DNA from: Eledone cirrhosa
Lineage: Eukaryota
Reading direction: 5' to 3'
DNA: 64,000 bases
Assembly (NCBI GenBank): GCA_964016885.1
Contig: OZ024743.1
Location: 93,744,001 to 93,808,000 of the forward strand
Shown here: positions 24,491 to 36,210 of the stretch, in pieces
How positions within the stretch are numbered: position 1 is the first letter of the stretch
How the letters are laid out: the number at the start of each line of letters is the position of its first letter
Notes under the pieces: generated by a model
What the model saw: the letters and a program-made list of their open reading frames with translations, nothing else
Told to the model about the DNA's origin: nothing
The model's database searches: none
Translations under genes and position numbers: made by a program

Positions 24491-26174
24491 GTCAAATTTG
24501 AGAACCTCTGATCTAGTTGTTGGCAATGAAACGCCTTCCCTATTAGATCCTGGTTTGGTGAGAAGGGTAAGTGGAAACCCAGTGACAAAAAAACAAGATC
24601 TGTTAAAAGGGTGCATGAACTCCTTAGAGTCAACGGCCATCCACCCTAACTATGGGTTAAATAGTCTCACCAACCCACAATTGGCCAAGCATGGTGAATA
24701 CAGCTACACTCCAAACAAAAGGCAGCAGGCGTCAACTGGAGATGGATTCCTCCAACAAGCGTGAGAAGGCTCTGGATTGGAATATTATGCAATAATAACA
24801 TGTCTAATTGATGTATTTGTCCAAGAGTGTTAAATGACAGATTTTGTAGAATGCCAGTTTAAATAGTGCTTTTGAGTTAAGTCAGATTTTTGGCTTTTTT
24901 TAATCAAATCTTACCATCACAGTCTTATCAGCCCTCTAAACGTGATGTATACCAGTCATAAACTGGAGTCGATTAAATGGATTTATCCCTTTCTCTAGAA
25001 ATATTGGTCCTACACTAATGCAAGTTATTGATACTTATATTGATTATTGTTATGAATAGTGGTTAATAAAAGGGTAAATCTAAACAAGCTAAAACAATAA
25101 TTAAATCTCTCTTCCTGGTTCTAGCTATTTTGTTTCCTTAACACTACGATTGTTCTTTAGAAAAGCACAAACATTTACACAATCAATAATTCAATCAATA
25201 ATTTTACGGATGAGTCTTTAGACCATCTGTAAAATTATTGATTCTTCACTTAGCTCATCATATAAATTAATTATTTTGGTTTTCTTTTTTATATTGAGTC
25301 TTTGAACATTCAGTCGTGTGTATTAATAGTTGGAACAAGAGATTTTATCAATAATCCACAACTCGAAGAGAAAAAAAAATATGGCTTCTTAACATTTGAA
25401 ATAACTCTTTCTATGTTTGACAAGAATTATCTCCCTTTGTTCATAAATTTCTTATATTTTATAATTTTTTTTTTTTTTGTAGTTACTACTTTATTTTTCC
25501 TCCCTTTTATTCCGTGCCTGTAGGAAATCTTGGGAATATGGAATTGCTGTTTGTGAAGCTAGAAAATATTTTCAAAGATTAAAGAAATTAGGGAAATTAG
25601 TGTTGACTTAATATTTTCTTTCGTTTTGATTCTATATTTTCATGTGAAATATTTATGTAATTAAGTAATAGAGATGTATGTGTGTTGAATTTTGATAGTT
25701 ATGATATTTGCGTTTGTAATTTTAAGCTATCTATATTGTAAGCATATTTGTTTGGGAAAAAATGTGAACTTTGCTATTATGTAATTTCATGTATATCGTT
25801 TATTTAGCCAGCCAGTCTGAGGAAGGAGCCCCCACAAGGTAGGATGGCTGTTGCAGCATGTGTCGCTGGTCATTGTCTACAGAAATGCCTTTGCCATTTT
25901 GTCCACGGGGTGCAGCCGAAACACCACTCTGACCTAGGTGTTGAGTCTATCACCTTCTCTCTTTCCTCTTTCTTTCTTCCTTTGTCTAGTAGTCTTTCAT
26001 CTTCCCCTCTTTTTCCTTTCATTAATGGCATTTATAGTCCTTTCCAATATTACTTTCTTTTTGTGTATGTTTAACTTTCGATATAATAAACAAAATGTGT
26101 TGATTACTTGCTTCAGATTATTTTTAAAAAAAAGGGGGGGGGGTATAATTTGGTGTCTTGATTTAAGCTAATAC

Positions 26175-26947
26175 ATATGCAGATCTTGGGTACACAAGAG
26201 GTGTAGTGGGATAGCAGGCAAACTAACAGAAAAGGAAAACCTCATATGTAGTGGATGTTCAGGGAAAATTGATAGTAGAAGTGTCAGTGATAGGCACATT
26301 TTTCAAATGCAGGTAAGATCTATAGAGGTGGTTGATAGCTTCCGATACCTAGGTGATCATATTAGCAAGCGAGGAGGATGCTCTGAGGTCATAATATCTA
26401 GAATAAGGACAGGATGGAAGGAGTTTAGGGAGCTGCTTCCTCTGTTGACAACAAAGTGTTTCTCCCTATGAACGAAAGGTCGATTGAATGGTGCCTGTGT
26501 AAGATGCACGATGCTGCATGGTAGTGATACATGGGCAGCAATTGTGGAGTATATGCGTAGCCTGGAGAGAAATGAAGCAAGCATGCTCTGATGGATGTGC
26601 AATGTGAATGTGCGTGAACTACCAAGCGTGAACGAGTTGAGAATGAAACTATGTATAAGAGGAATGAACTGTAGTGTGCAGGAGAGAAGACAGCATTGGT
26701 ATGGCCATGTGATGCACATGGAAGATGACCACTGGGTGAAGAAGTGCCAAGAAATCCCAGTGGAAGGAAGACACAGTAGAGGAAGACCAAAAAAAACATG
26801 GGCGGAGGTGGGGAGAGCTGACCTCAGATCACTGAAGCTCACAGAGAAGATGACAAAGGACTATGACGAATGGAGAGATGCTGTGCTGAAGAGGACCCGC
26901 CCCACCCTTGCAAGCAAGGAAAAGCAGACATTAAATGATGATGATGA
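26175..26947 (+). mobile_element. RTE LINE 3' part with (GAT)n tail
   Basis: ORF 26595-27002 contains WYGHVMHM...RGRPKKTW. Confidence 0.93.
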
Positions 26948-27561
26948 TATATCATATATTTCACAAATACTTGTGGAAAATACCAGAACCTTCCTCCAAT
27001 AATTGATTCAAAGGGAATTTACTCAATTCCAGCAGTTTCATTTGAAATGAAAAAGAAAAAGAAAAGAAAACTCTTTCTCTCTCTCATTGTGAAAAAACAT
27101 AACCCAACTAGAGTTTCTCCATTCCATGTAAATTAGCTACTCTCGGTGTTCAAAACTCCAGCCCCTTCTTTTATTCCACCCCCAGCGCCCATTTATTAAA
27201 TTTTGCTAATCTATCTCCAGCAGGATTTTATTTTAAGTGGTAGCATTCCTGCGACAATTAATTTTTTTTAGACATTAAAAAACATTATACATGACAAAAA
27301 AAACATTACTAGAAATCCCATGCATTATAAAATAAATAGGATGAGTTGGGAGGTCTCAATATGTAAACTAAGCGACTAATTCTGGTTTTTAAAAATATCA
27401 ACAGAAACAACCTAAAAAAATTACCCAATACCCTCCCCTCCTTTTATTTGGGACCAGATAATAGTTTGAGAAATAAGTGAGCTTTAAAAGTTCAAACACC
27501 AAGCAAGCAATTTAAAGCAAAAATACAATTAATATTTTGTAAGTACTTGAATAGTCTAGTG

Positions 27562-29780
27562 CAGGGTATCCCAACCTGGGCGATATCGCCCACCGGTGGG
27601 CGACAAAGGATTTTCGGTAATTAAGTATGTTATTGGTGATATAATGGCCGGTATGCTGTAACCACAGAGCTCGGGTTCGCTCTTCCCTAGTCTAGACTAA
27701 GGAAGTAGTATCCAGCTGTATGACTGTAATTCATCTGTTTTCAACTGATTCATGTCTAGCAGTTTACGGCTGCCCAACAGTTCACATGGGCAGCTCGCAT
27801 TGGACACATACACATCCGTGTTCATCGGTAAGCTAAAACAGGTGATGACGCAAGACCAACGGCAATTACCCATGTGTCTTCTATGCCAGCAAACTTTGAG
27901 CAATGAAGCCATGAAACTTGAAATATCATTTTGATTCCAAGCATTTTGACAAAAAAGACAAACCGTTGTCATATTTTTGGCAACTTAAGGCCTCTTTCGA
28001 AAAGCGGAAAACACTGAACACAATGTTTAGGGAAGCAACTGTACAGGAAAATGATGGTATGATTGCGTTGTACTATATTGCATTACTGGTCGCAAAGACC
28101 GGGAAGTCCCACACTATAGGAGAAACATTGCTCCGACCTGTCATTGAAGAAGTTCTATCGACTGTAATGCACTTCTCATGCATTACAGTCGATAGAACTT
28201 CAACTCATTCAAATTCTCCAGTGTTCTGAATTTTCTATACAAGTGGCTGAGTCAACCGGTATAGACAACCAATGTTTGATGATGGTTTATGTTCGATATT
28301 TCAAGGAATACCTTCAACCTTGTGAGGAAATGCTGTTCACAGAGAACTTGCTGCTTGACTCAAAAGGTACATCTATTTTCGATGTGCTTAAGCGTTTCCT
28401 TTCTGAACATCATATTCCACTGACCAATATTATTGCCTGTGCATCTGATAGGGCCCCTTCCATGGTTGGAAGATACAGAGGTTTTTCATCTCTCCTAAAG
28501 CGTGAAATTTCTCAACAGATTTTAACAGTTCATTGTGTGATACACCGACAACATTTGGTGGCAAAAAATATCAATGGTCAGTTGAATGATGCGTTGCAGT
28601 TGGTTATCAAGACTGTGAATAAACTGAAATCAAATTCCTTGTTCCTTGTCTGATTGAATTTTCCGTCAACTGTGTCTCGATAATGATGATGACTTTGTTA
28701 GGCTTTTGTACCATACTGAAGTACAATGGCTGTCAAAGGGCAACTGTGTTGTTCGCTTTGTTGAACTGTTTTGTGTGATCATATCTTTCTTTAAAAGTAC
28801 TCCTCTGTCGGCTTCATTGATTGCTGCAAAGCGCGATATTTTTTTTCTGAGCGATATATTCACTAAACTTAATGATTTGATTAAGTTGTTGCAAGGAAAG
28901 CAAAAAACTCTTGTCGACTGTAAATCATTTATCACCGCCTTCATTTCGAAATTGGTCCTGTATAAAATAAACATTTCCAAACGTCAATTGCATCAGTTTC
29001 CACAACTGGATTCTTTGAAAGATGAATTGGTTGACGAGGATTGTTACCTATTGCGACTATCTACAATCATTGCATGATGACATGGTGGACCGATTTCAAG
29101 ATGTTATTACATTGAATATTCCAAATCGGTATAGCAATCCATTTGAAGTCCAAGCAGTCTATTGCGAGGACGACGTTCAGGAGGAACTAATTGAATTGCA
29201 AAATGATAATGAGTCCACAATGCGATATCGGCTTCGATGCAAAGAAGGCTTGTGGTATCATTAAAGTATATTGAATTCTTACCCCAACCTATGGAAGCAT
29301 TTGAAATTAATTTTGCTTGCCTTCCCAACGTCGTACTTGGTCGGATCTGGTTTCAGTCACATTGGTACTTTACTTTCTAAAAGCAGAAGTGGACTGGATG
29401 TAGCCAAACGAGGAGACTTGCGATTAAAATTGACAAGTTTGCAACCAAATGTGTCTGCACTAGCTGCATCGCATCAGCCTCAAGGATCACGCTGAAAACT
29501 AAACATGGTGAGTTTGTTAAACATTTAATACATGTATCATTTTTTAAATTTTGTTTCATTGAGAAACATTTAGCAATCAAAAAGTTCATTCTTCTGAATA
29601 ACATTTCAACTCCAAATGCCGATTTTGCAATATTTCATCTCAATAAATATTTCATTTTTTAAGCAACCGTTCTGAATAATGCTTTATTTTTTCATCCTTA
29701 AAATTACTGCACTGGTGGGCGATGGGAATTTTTGCATGTGGAAAAGTGGGCGATAATGACAAAAAGGTTCGGAACCCCTG
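27562..29780 (+). mobile_element. hAT (Buster/Charlie) transposon with both ends and a decayed transposase
   Basis: 8-bp TSD GTCTAGTG on both sides; TIR CAGGGTATCCCAACCT/AGGTTCGGAACCCCTG; BED-finger remnant, HCVIHRQHL, WLSKG and FPTSYLV. Confidence 0.96.
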
Positions 29781-31646
29781 GTCTAGTGTATTAAATTACC
29801 CACTCGTATGAAAATGACTACTTGCATATTAGACATAATAGGACAACAAATTTCAATAGTTGTTAAACTATATTAGTAACATCAAAATATGTACAAGTAA
29901 GTAAATATTTAGGCCCAAAGCCAACAATTTGGTGGGGAGGGGAAAGTCGATTAACTCATTCACCAGTGTGTTACTGGTACTTTATTTCATCGACCGTGTA
30001 AGTATGAAAGGCAAAGTTAACCTCGGCAGGATATGAAGTCAGAATGTAAAGGGATGTAACTATATTCTGCAAAGTATGTTGTCCAACGCTCCACCGATAC
30101 TGTCAATCTATTTACCTCCTTGATCTAGAAATAATAATATTGGGTTATATTTTGAGCAAACTCGTTTGGCAAACATGTGGTGTCACATTTCATCTCATTG
30201 TGTTAACATTTTACAGATCAACATCCACACGTCGTATGAATGCCATAGTTTTACCTAAAAAATGAGCCAACAAACTCACAAAACATAATAATAACAGTTT
30301 CTACTTTAGGCACAAGGCCAGCAATTTTTGGAGGGAGGGGGGGGGGCGATTAAATCGACCCCAGTGCATTACTGGTGCTTTATTTTATTGACCCTGTAAA
30401 GATGAAAGGTAAAGTTAACCTCGGCGGGATTTAAACTCAGACCATAAAGGGCCGTAACTCTATGCTGCAAAGCATGGCCCCTGCTGCTCTACCCATTCTG
30501 TCAATTCACTGCCCTAGAATTTGTACATAGAATAATGTACAAATGTCAGGAAAGTGAACAGTGTATGAGTCATGATATACATGTGTGTGTATGGAGAGGG
30601 AAATACCAAGTGTAGTGTTGGCAAATTTCGGAAAGCATGGAATGTTTGAAGGTAGTTTGTTCCATGCTTCAGCAATTCCGAGCATAAAAAAATGTTTCCG
30701 AAAATCATGGGAGCTGTGCTGTTTTCTGATTTTGTAAACATGTCAGAAACTTCCCACTTTATGTCTTAACAACAATATGCAGGGTATAATGCCTATGTTA
30801 TTATTTTCGTAGCAAAACTAATTATGCCTTATGTATATTAATTTGTTGATTTCTAATTTAGGTGCAAAGGGTAGAGCAAAGTTGATTAAATCAACTCAGG
30901 TACTTGACTGGTACTTTATTTTATCGACCCTGGAAGGATGAAAGGCAAAGTTGACCTCAGTGGGATTTGAACTCAGAATGTAAGAGCCAGAACAAATACT
31001 ACAATGGCATTTTATCTGATGCTCTACCAATTCCACTGACCCACCACCCTTAAGTATATTAATATATTACAAACATTAGATAAGTTTTCAATTCCTGTAC
31101 ATACATTTACACCTCTCTAAGACAATATCACTGTCTCGAGACCTTTGGCGCAACGCAGTAATACAGAAGACCCACCTTCCTAACGTACCAAGTTAAGCTA
31201 CAGTCAGTAGGCACCTTTTAACCAAATATACACCCCAACCCACTACCCCTACTCCATCATCCCACTCCTACCAACACCACCCTTTCTCTATAAAGTTATG
31301 TTGGTACCACAGAACATCTATTCCACACTATAAAGTGGTTGTGTAGGTGTCACAACAAAAAGCACCCAGTTCACATTGTATAGTGGTCATTTTGGTGCCA
31401 CGATAAAAATGTTGAACAATGAAAACAAAAGGTGAAATTTAGTGCTTAATCAGTTCATTCTTTTGATAGTGGTGGTGGTGATAATGATGATCTACTTTTT
31501 CAATACTTTATAAATGTGTTTGATAAGTATTTATTACATTAATTGAAAAAGATCAAACCAGTTCAACCTCAAATTCAAGTTGTCAAACAAATCATGAATC
31601 TTGCAATCTAACATAGAACTATGTAAAAATTGTTTTGTTTTTTAAT

Positions 31647-32093
31647 TTGACATACTGGTCTTGGTTAAATTTCTAAGAGACTAATACTCAGATATTCCAA
31701 TGGTACATTTAATATAATAGATATTTATTTGACATACTGGTCTCGGTTAAATTTCTAAGAGACTAATACTCAGATATTCCAATGGTACATTTAACTCTTT
31801 AGCACTCACATCACTCTACATATATTATTGCATTTTCACAGAAAGGGCTTTATCTTACATAATTATCTCACATAATATCAAATCTACGAGATTTTGATAT
31901 TATTTATTGTGAGAACAATACCTTAAAGTTGGTATGAGCAGCCACTTACAACGGGTTTGAACAGAAAGAAGTGAGAGAATTTGGATATGGCCGGTTTAAA
32001 TGCTAAAGGGTTAATATAATAGATGTTTATTTGGCATACTGGTCTTGGTTAAATTTCTAAGAGATTAATACTTCAGATATTCCAATTGTACAT
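31647..32093 (+). repeat. Three ~81-bp tandem copies, the second split by a TTAA MITE (31791-32014)
   Basis: TTTGACATACTGGTCT.GGTTAAATTTCTAAGAG x3; MITE TTAA|CTCTTTAGCA...TGCTAAAGGG|TTAA. Confidence 0.88.
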
Positions 32094-33133
32094 AAATGTT
32101 TATTTTTAGCAAAATTTGATGACAACTTTTCATCTGAAATCGTTCATAACGAAAAAAAAAAATATACATTACAACAATGTTATGATTACACTTCTAGAAA
32201 ATACTATTGATCTTAAGAAGAAAAAAAATAGTTAAAATTCAACATGCAATCCATTGATCTAAGTGTCAGAACAATAAATTAGAGAAGAGTTAGAATATTG
32301 ATTTTATATGAGCACGTTGAAAGACTATGGGAATGTGGTTGATTGTCTTAGGAAAGAATCGCTGAACAAATTTTACAGGCAAAACCAACTGGCAGGAGAC
32401 CCAGGGATAGACCCCTGAGTAAGATGGTCAAATAACATCCATGAGCTCAGCTGGTCTCATTTGGGGATCCAGCTGGATCAGTTTGAAATGGTTGCTTCTG
32501 ACAGGACACATTAGCAGAAGTGTTTGAGCATTGTGCCCCCACGACTCTCAGGAATAAGTGGACAAAGAAGAAGAAGACTGACAAAATTTAAGAAAATCAA
32601 TGGGTTGGGTAAGGCTTTTGGCATTTAGGACTATTTAAAAGGTTAGTTTTATATTAAGGAACTTTACACATTCAGGAAGAGTAAAGTAAAAACTATCCTC
32701 ATTATTTGCTTGGGGACTGGCAGTATCGGTAGAGCGTCGGACAATATGCTTTTCGGCATATAGTTACGGCCCTTTACATTCTCATTTCAAATTCCGGTGA
32801 GGTTAACTTTGCCTTTCATCCTTGTGGGTCAATAAAATAAAGTACGAGTAACAAACTGGAGTTGATTTAATTGACTTCCACCTCCCCCTAAAATTGATGG
32901 CCTTGTGCCTAAATCAAAAACCATTATTTGCTTAATTCAATTATTTCAAGTTCCCATTTTCTATTGGAAACTCTAATGTCCCTTTCTTTGTTACAATGCT
33001 TTCATGAGACAAACTAAGTTTGTAGGGTTTAATTGAAACCCTTTGGTTCTTCCACATGTAAAATTTCAAATGCTAAAAGCAAATCTTGAATTGAAATAGT
33101 TAATGAACTTCTTTTAAAACCTCTGATTATTCC

Positions 33134-33168
<35 letters not shown>

Positions 33169-33175
33169 TATCATC

Positions 33176-33207
<32 letters not shown>

Positions 33208-33489
33208 CATTGTTTAACATCTATCTTCCACGTTAGCATGGGTTAGATGGGTTTGTCCTATTTAGAGGCAAGTTGGGTCGGGTGACTGTGTCTCGCTCAT
33301 ATAGGAAAGTTTCTGGCTGGTTTTCTACAGCTGGATGCCCTTACTAATGTCACCCACATTTACAGTGTCTGTTGGGTGCCTTTTGCCGTGTCTTTTACAC
33401 AACCACTTTACAATGTGGGCTGGGTGCTTTTTGTCGTGACACCTACATGACTACTTTATAGTTTGGGCTGGATGTTTTGTTGTACCAAC

Positions 33490-33533
<44 letters not shown>

Positions 33534-33668
33534 TATATATCATGATAATGATATATATATATATATACTAGCTGGTCCGGCTAGGTATACCTGCCCCACC
33601 ACTCCACTGCAAAGATACCACACACCCTCCCGTGTCACATTGTCCTTCCAACTTTCACTCTCTCTCTA

Positions 33669-33727
<59 letters not shown>

Positions 33728-33770
33728 TAATTCAAAATATTAACAAAATAGATATTCTTGTGATCAAGTA

Positions 33771-33837
33771 TATTTTATTATACATATTTCAGAGGTACTG
33801 AGTTAAGTTCAACAGTACGTCCTCATCAGATAAAATA
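33771..33837 (-). ncRNA. Minimal type I hammerhead ribozyme (left arm)
   Basis: Exact inverse of 34254-34320. Confidence 0.8.
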
Positions 33838-34253
33838 AGATGATGCATGACATACCCTGACATATTAGATGGTTAAGATTTAGTCATGGTAGTGAGTAAT
33901 ATATGACAAAACTCAATATTTAATATTTATATACCTTAATATTGAGAACATGAGAAAAATATATAATACATACAATAGAGAGGGTGTGTGTAATACAGCT
34001 TAAATGAATACATGGCATCAATATAACTTTAAAAAATTTCTTTAACTTCAAATTTTTTTAACAGTTATATTGATGCCATGTATTCATTTAAGCTGTATTA
34101 CACACACCCTCTCTATTGTATGTATTATATATTTTTCTCATGTTCTCAATATTAAGGTATATAAATATTAAATATTGAGTTTTGTCATATATTACTCACT
34201 ACCATGACTAAATCTTAACCATCTACTATGTCAGGGTATGTCATGCATCATCT

Positions 34254-34320
34254 TATTTTATCTGATGAGGACGTACTGTTGAACTTAACTCAGTACCTCT
34301 GAAATATGTATAATAAAATA
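34254..34320 (+). ncRNA. Minimal type I hammerhead ribozyme (right arm)
   Basis: TATTTTAT-CTGATGA-GGACGTACTG/12-nt loop/CAGTACCTCT-GAAA-TATGTA-TA-ATAAAATA. Confidence 0.8.
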
Positions 34321-34605
34321 TAATTGATCACAAGAATATCTATTTTGTTAATATTTTGAATTAATATTAATAACTATTGGTAGAAAACCCGCCACAACTG
34401 TAGAAAACCCGCCAGACAGTCCTATGCGAGCAAGACAACCACTCTTGCCTCAAGTGGGAAAACCCCCGTCCAAACCCATGCAAGCGTGGAACACGGACTC
34501 TAAACCTGATGATGATGATGAACTCTGGAAAACCATTACTGTTGAGTGCTTCCAATCTATTGTAAAACTCATTCTTTGATTCATTGAACCTTGTTTAACT
34601 TTTAA

Positions 34606-34661
<56 letters not shown>

Positions 34662-34694
34662 TGAAGGGAGATACAGAAACTAAAACTGTTGTCA

Positions 34695-35015
34695 TATAGA
34701 GAGCGAAGAGCGACAGAGAGAGTAAAGCAGATAAATTATAGAGAGGGGGAAAGAAGGAGAGAGAGAGAGAGACAACGCTCAACTTTATAATATTTGAGAG
34801 TGAAGAGCGACAGAGAGAGTAAAGCAGTTAAATTATAGAGAGGGGGAACGATCTATTATAGAGAGAGGGAACAGCGACAGAGAGACAACGCTCAACTTTA
34901 TAATATTTGAGAGTGAAGAGCGACAGAGAGAGTAAAGCAGTTAAATTATAGAGAGGAGGAATGATCTATTAGAGAGAGGGAAGAGCGATGGAGAGAGTAA
35001 AGCTAACAAACTATA
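34695..35015 (+). repeat. Purine-rich ~114-bp tandem repeat
   Basis: GAGAGACAACGCTCAACTTTATAATATTTGAGAGTGAAGAGCGACAGAGAGAGTAAAGCAG repeated about 2.5 times. Confidence 0.85.
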
Positions 35016-35458
35016 GGGAGGTGTGTAGGATACATACATAATACACACGACACTTAGCTTTATAATTGTGGGTATGGTGTGGTGTGCGGTGGCCGGAGGC
35101 TGGGGAGTGCTCGACTGGAAGAGTGCTTGACCGGAAGGGTGCTTGACCGGAAGGGCCAGGAGGTCTGCCTCTCTCTAGGGTGGTCAGCGAACGTGGTGGA
35201 CGTCAGTCTTGGAGCTCCCAGTTAACGAGTTGGATTGTACGCACGTGGGAGAGGAGAAACCAGCCATTGGATTAGCGGTGCCAGCGAAAGCGGTAAGTGA
35301 AGTAGCTTCTTCTAACCACAAGCTATTTCGGCACTGGAAACTGAGATCTGATTGATCAAAAAAAAAAAAAAGAAAGAACTTTCTCGAAAACAAAGCTACT
35401 AGAAAAACAAAGAGGAGTCTGTTGTTTTTTATTACTTACCGCAAGACAAAATTAGGAT

Positions 35459-36210
35459 ATGGCGACGAGATTACAAATGAGCGGAGAAGCGATTAGAGCA
35501 TTTACCGGTGAAGGCGATGTTGTCGCTTTGCTGCGAAAAGTCTGGCTGGTCGCAAGCTTACAGAAGATAGATGTGGATGGCCTCATGGCACTATACCTCG
35601 AGGGGGATGCGTTGGCACTCTTCCTAGAGATGGATGAACACAACCAAAGGGATGTGAGAGGCGTATGATGGAAGCGTTCGCGGAAGGACTTTTAGCCGCT
35701 TTTGCTAAGCTGGCAAGGATTAGATGGAACGGTGAACGCGTTGACATTTTCGCAGCGGAAATACGGCGATTGGCCATGTTGGCTGGATATCAGGTGGAAT
35801 GCGAACGCACGGTGCGGTTGGCATTCATAAATGGATTTCCAGACGACATAGCGGTGAAACTGCAGCAAGTCCCGGGTTACAAGGAAATGGAGATGTGTGC
35901 ACTGGTGGAGCAAGTCCGCATCATAGCAGAAGATGCCAAGAAGAGTGTCGCGGCGATAGCAATGACAGAGGCTCAAGGCAGCCGGCAGCGAAATGGTGAA
36001 AGGGAGGCAACCATGGCACACAGTCGCCCGCGAACGTTTAGAGGTTGCTGTTTTAGGTGCCAGGGCCCGCACATGGCGAGAGACTGTAGAGAGTCAAGGC
36101 CGGACAAAATATGCTACCAGTGTAAGCGACCAGGCCACATCGCTACTAGCTGCTACCAGGGAAACGATCCAAGGGGAACTACTGTGTCGGTAGTTGCCTC
36201 TTACGAGTAG
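35459..36210 (+). pseudogene. gag with two CCHC knuckles (one frameshift)
   Basis: CFRCQGPHMARDC and CYQCKRPGHIATSC. Confidence 0.88.

Larger units (their letters stand above)
33724..34367. repeat. ~640-bp near-perfect palindrome
   Basis: Arms ~33724-34028 and ~34063-34367 are reverse complements with only about 2 differences seen by eye. Confidence 0.97.

Noticed and set aside
27752-29495. Domesticated ZBED/SCAND-type host gene
   Set aside because: Multiple frameshifts and stops, with intact TIRs and TSD: a decayed transposon.
33029-33220. Poly-Asp protein
   Set aside because: It is the (GAT)n tail of a minus-strand SINE-like repeat.
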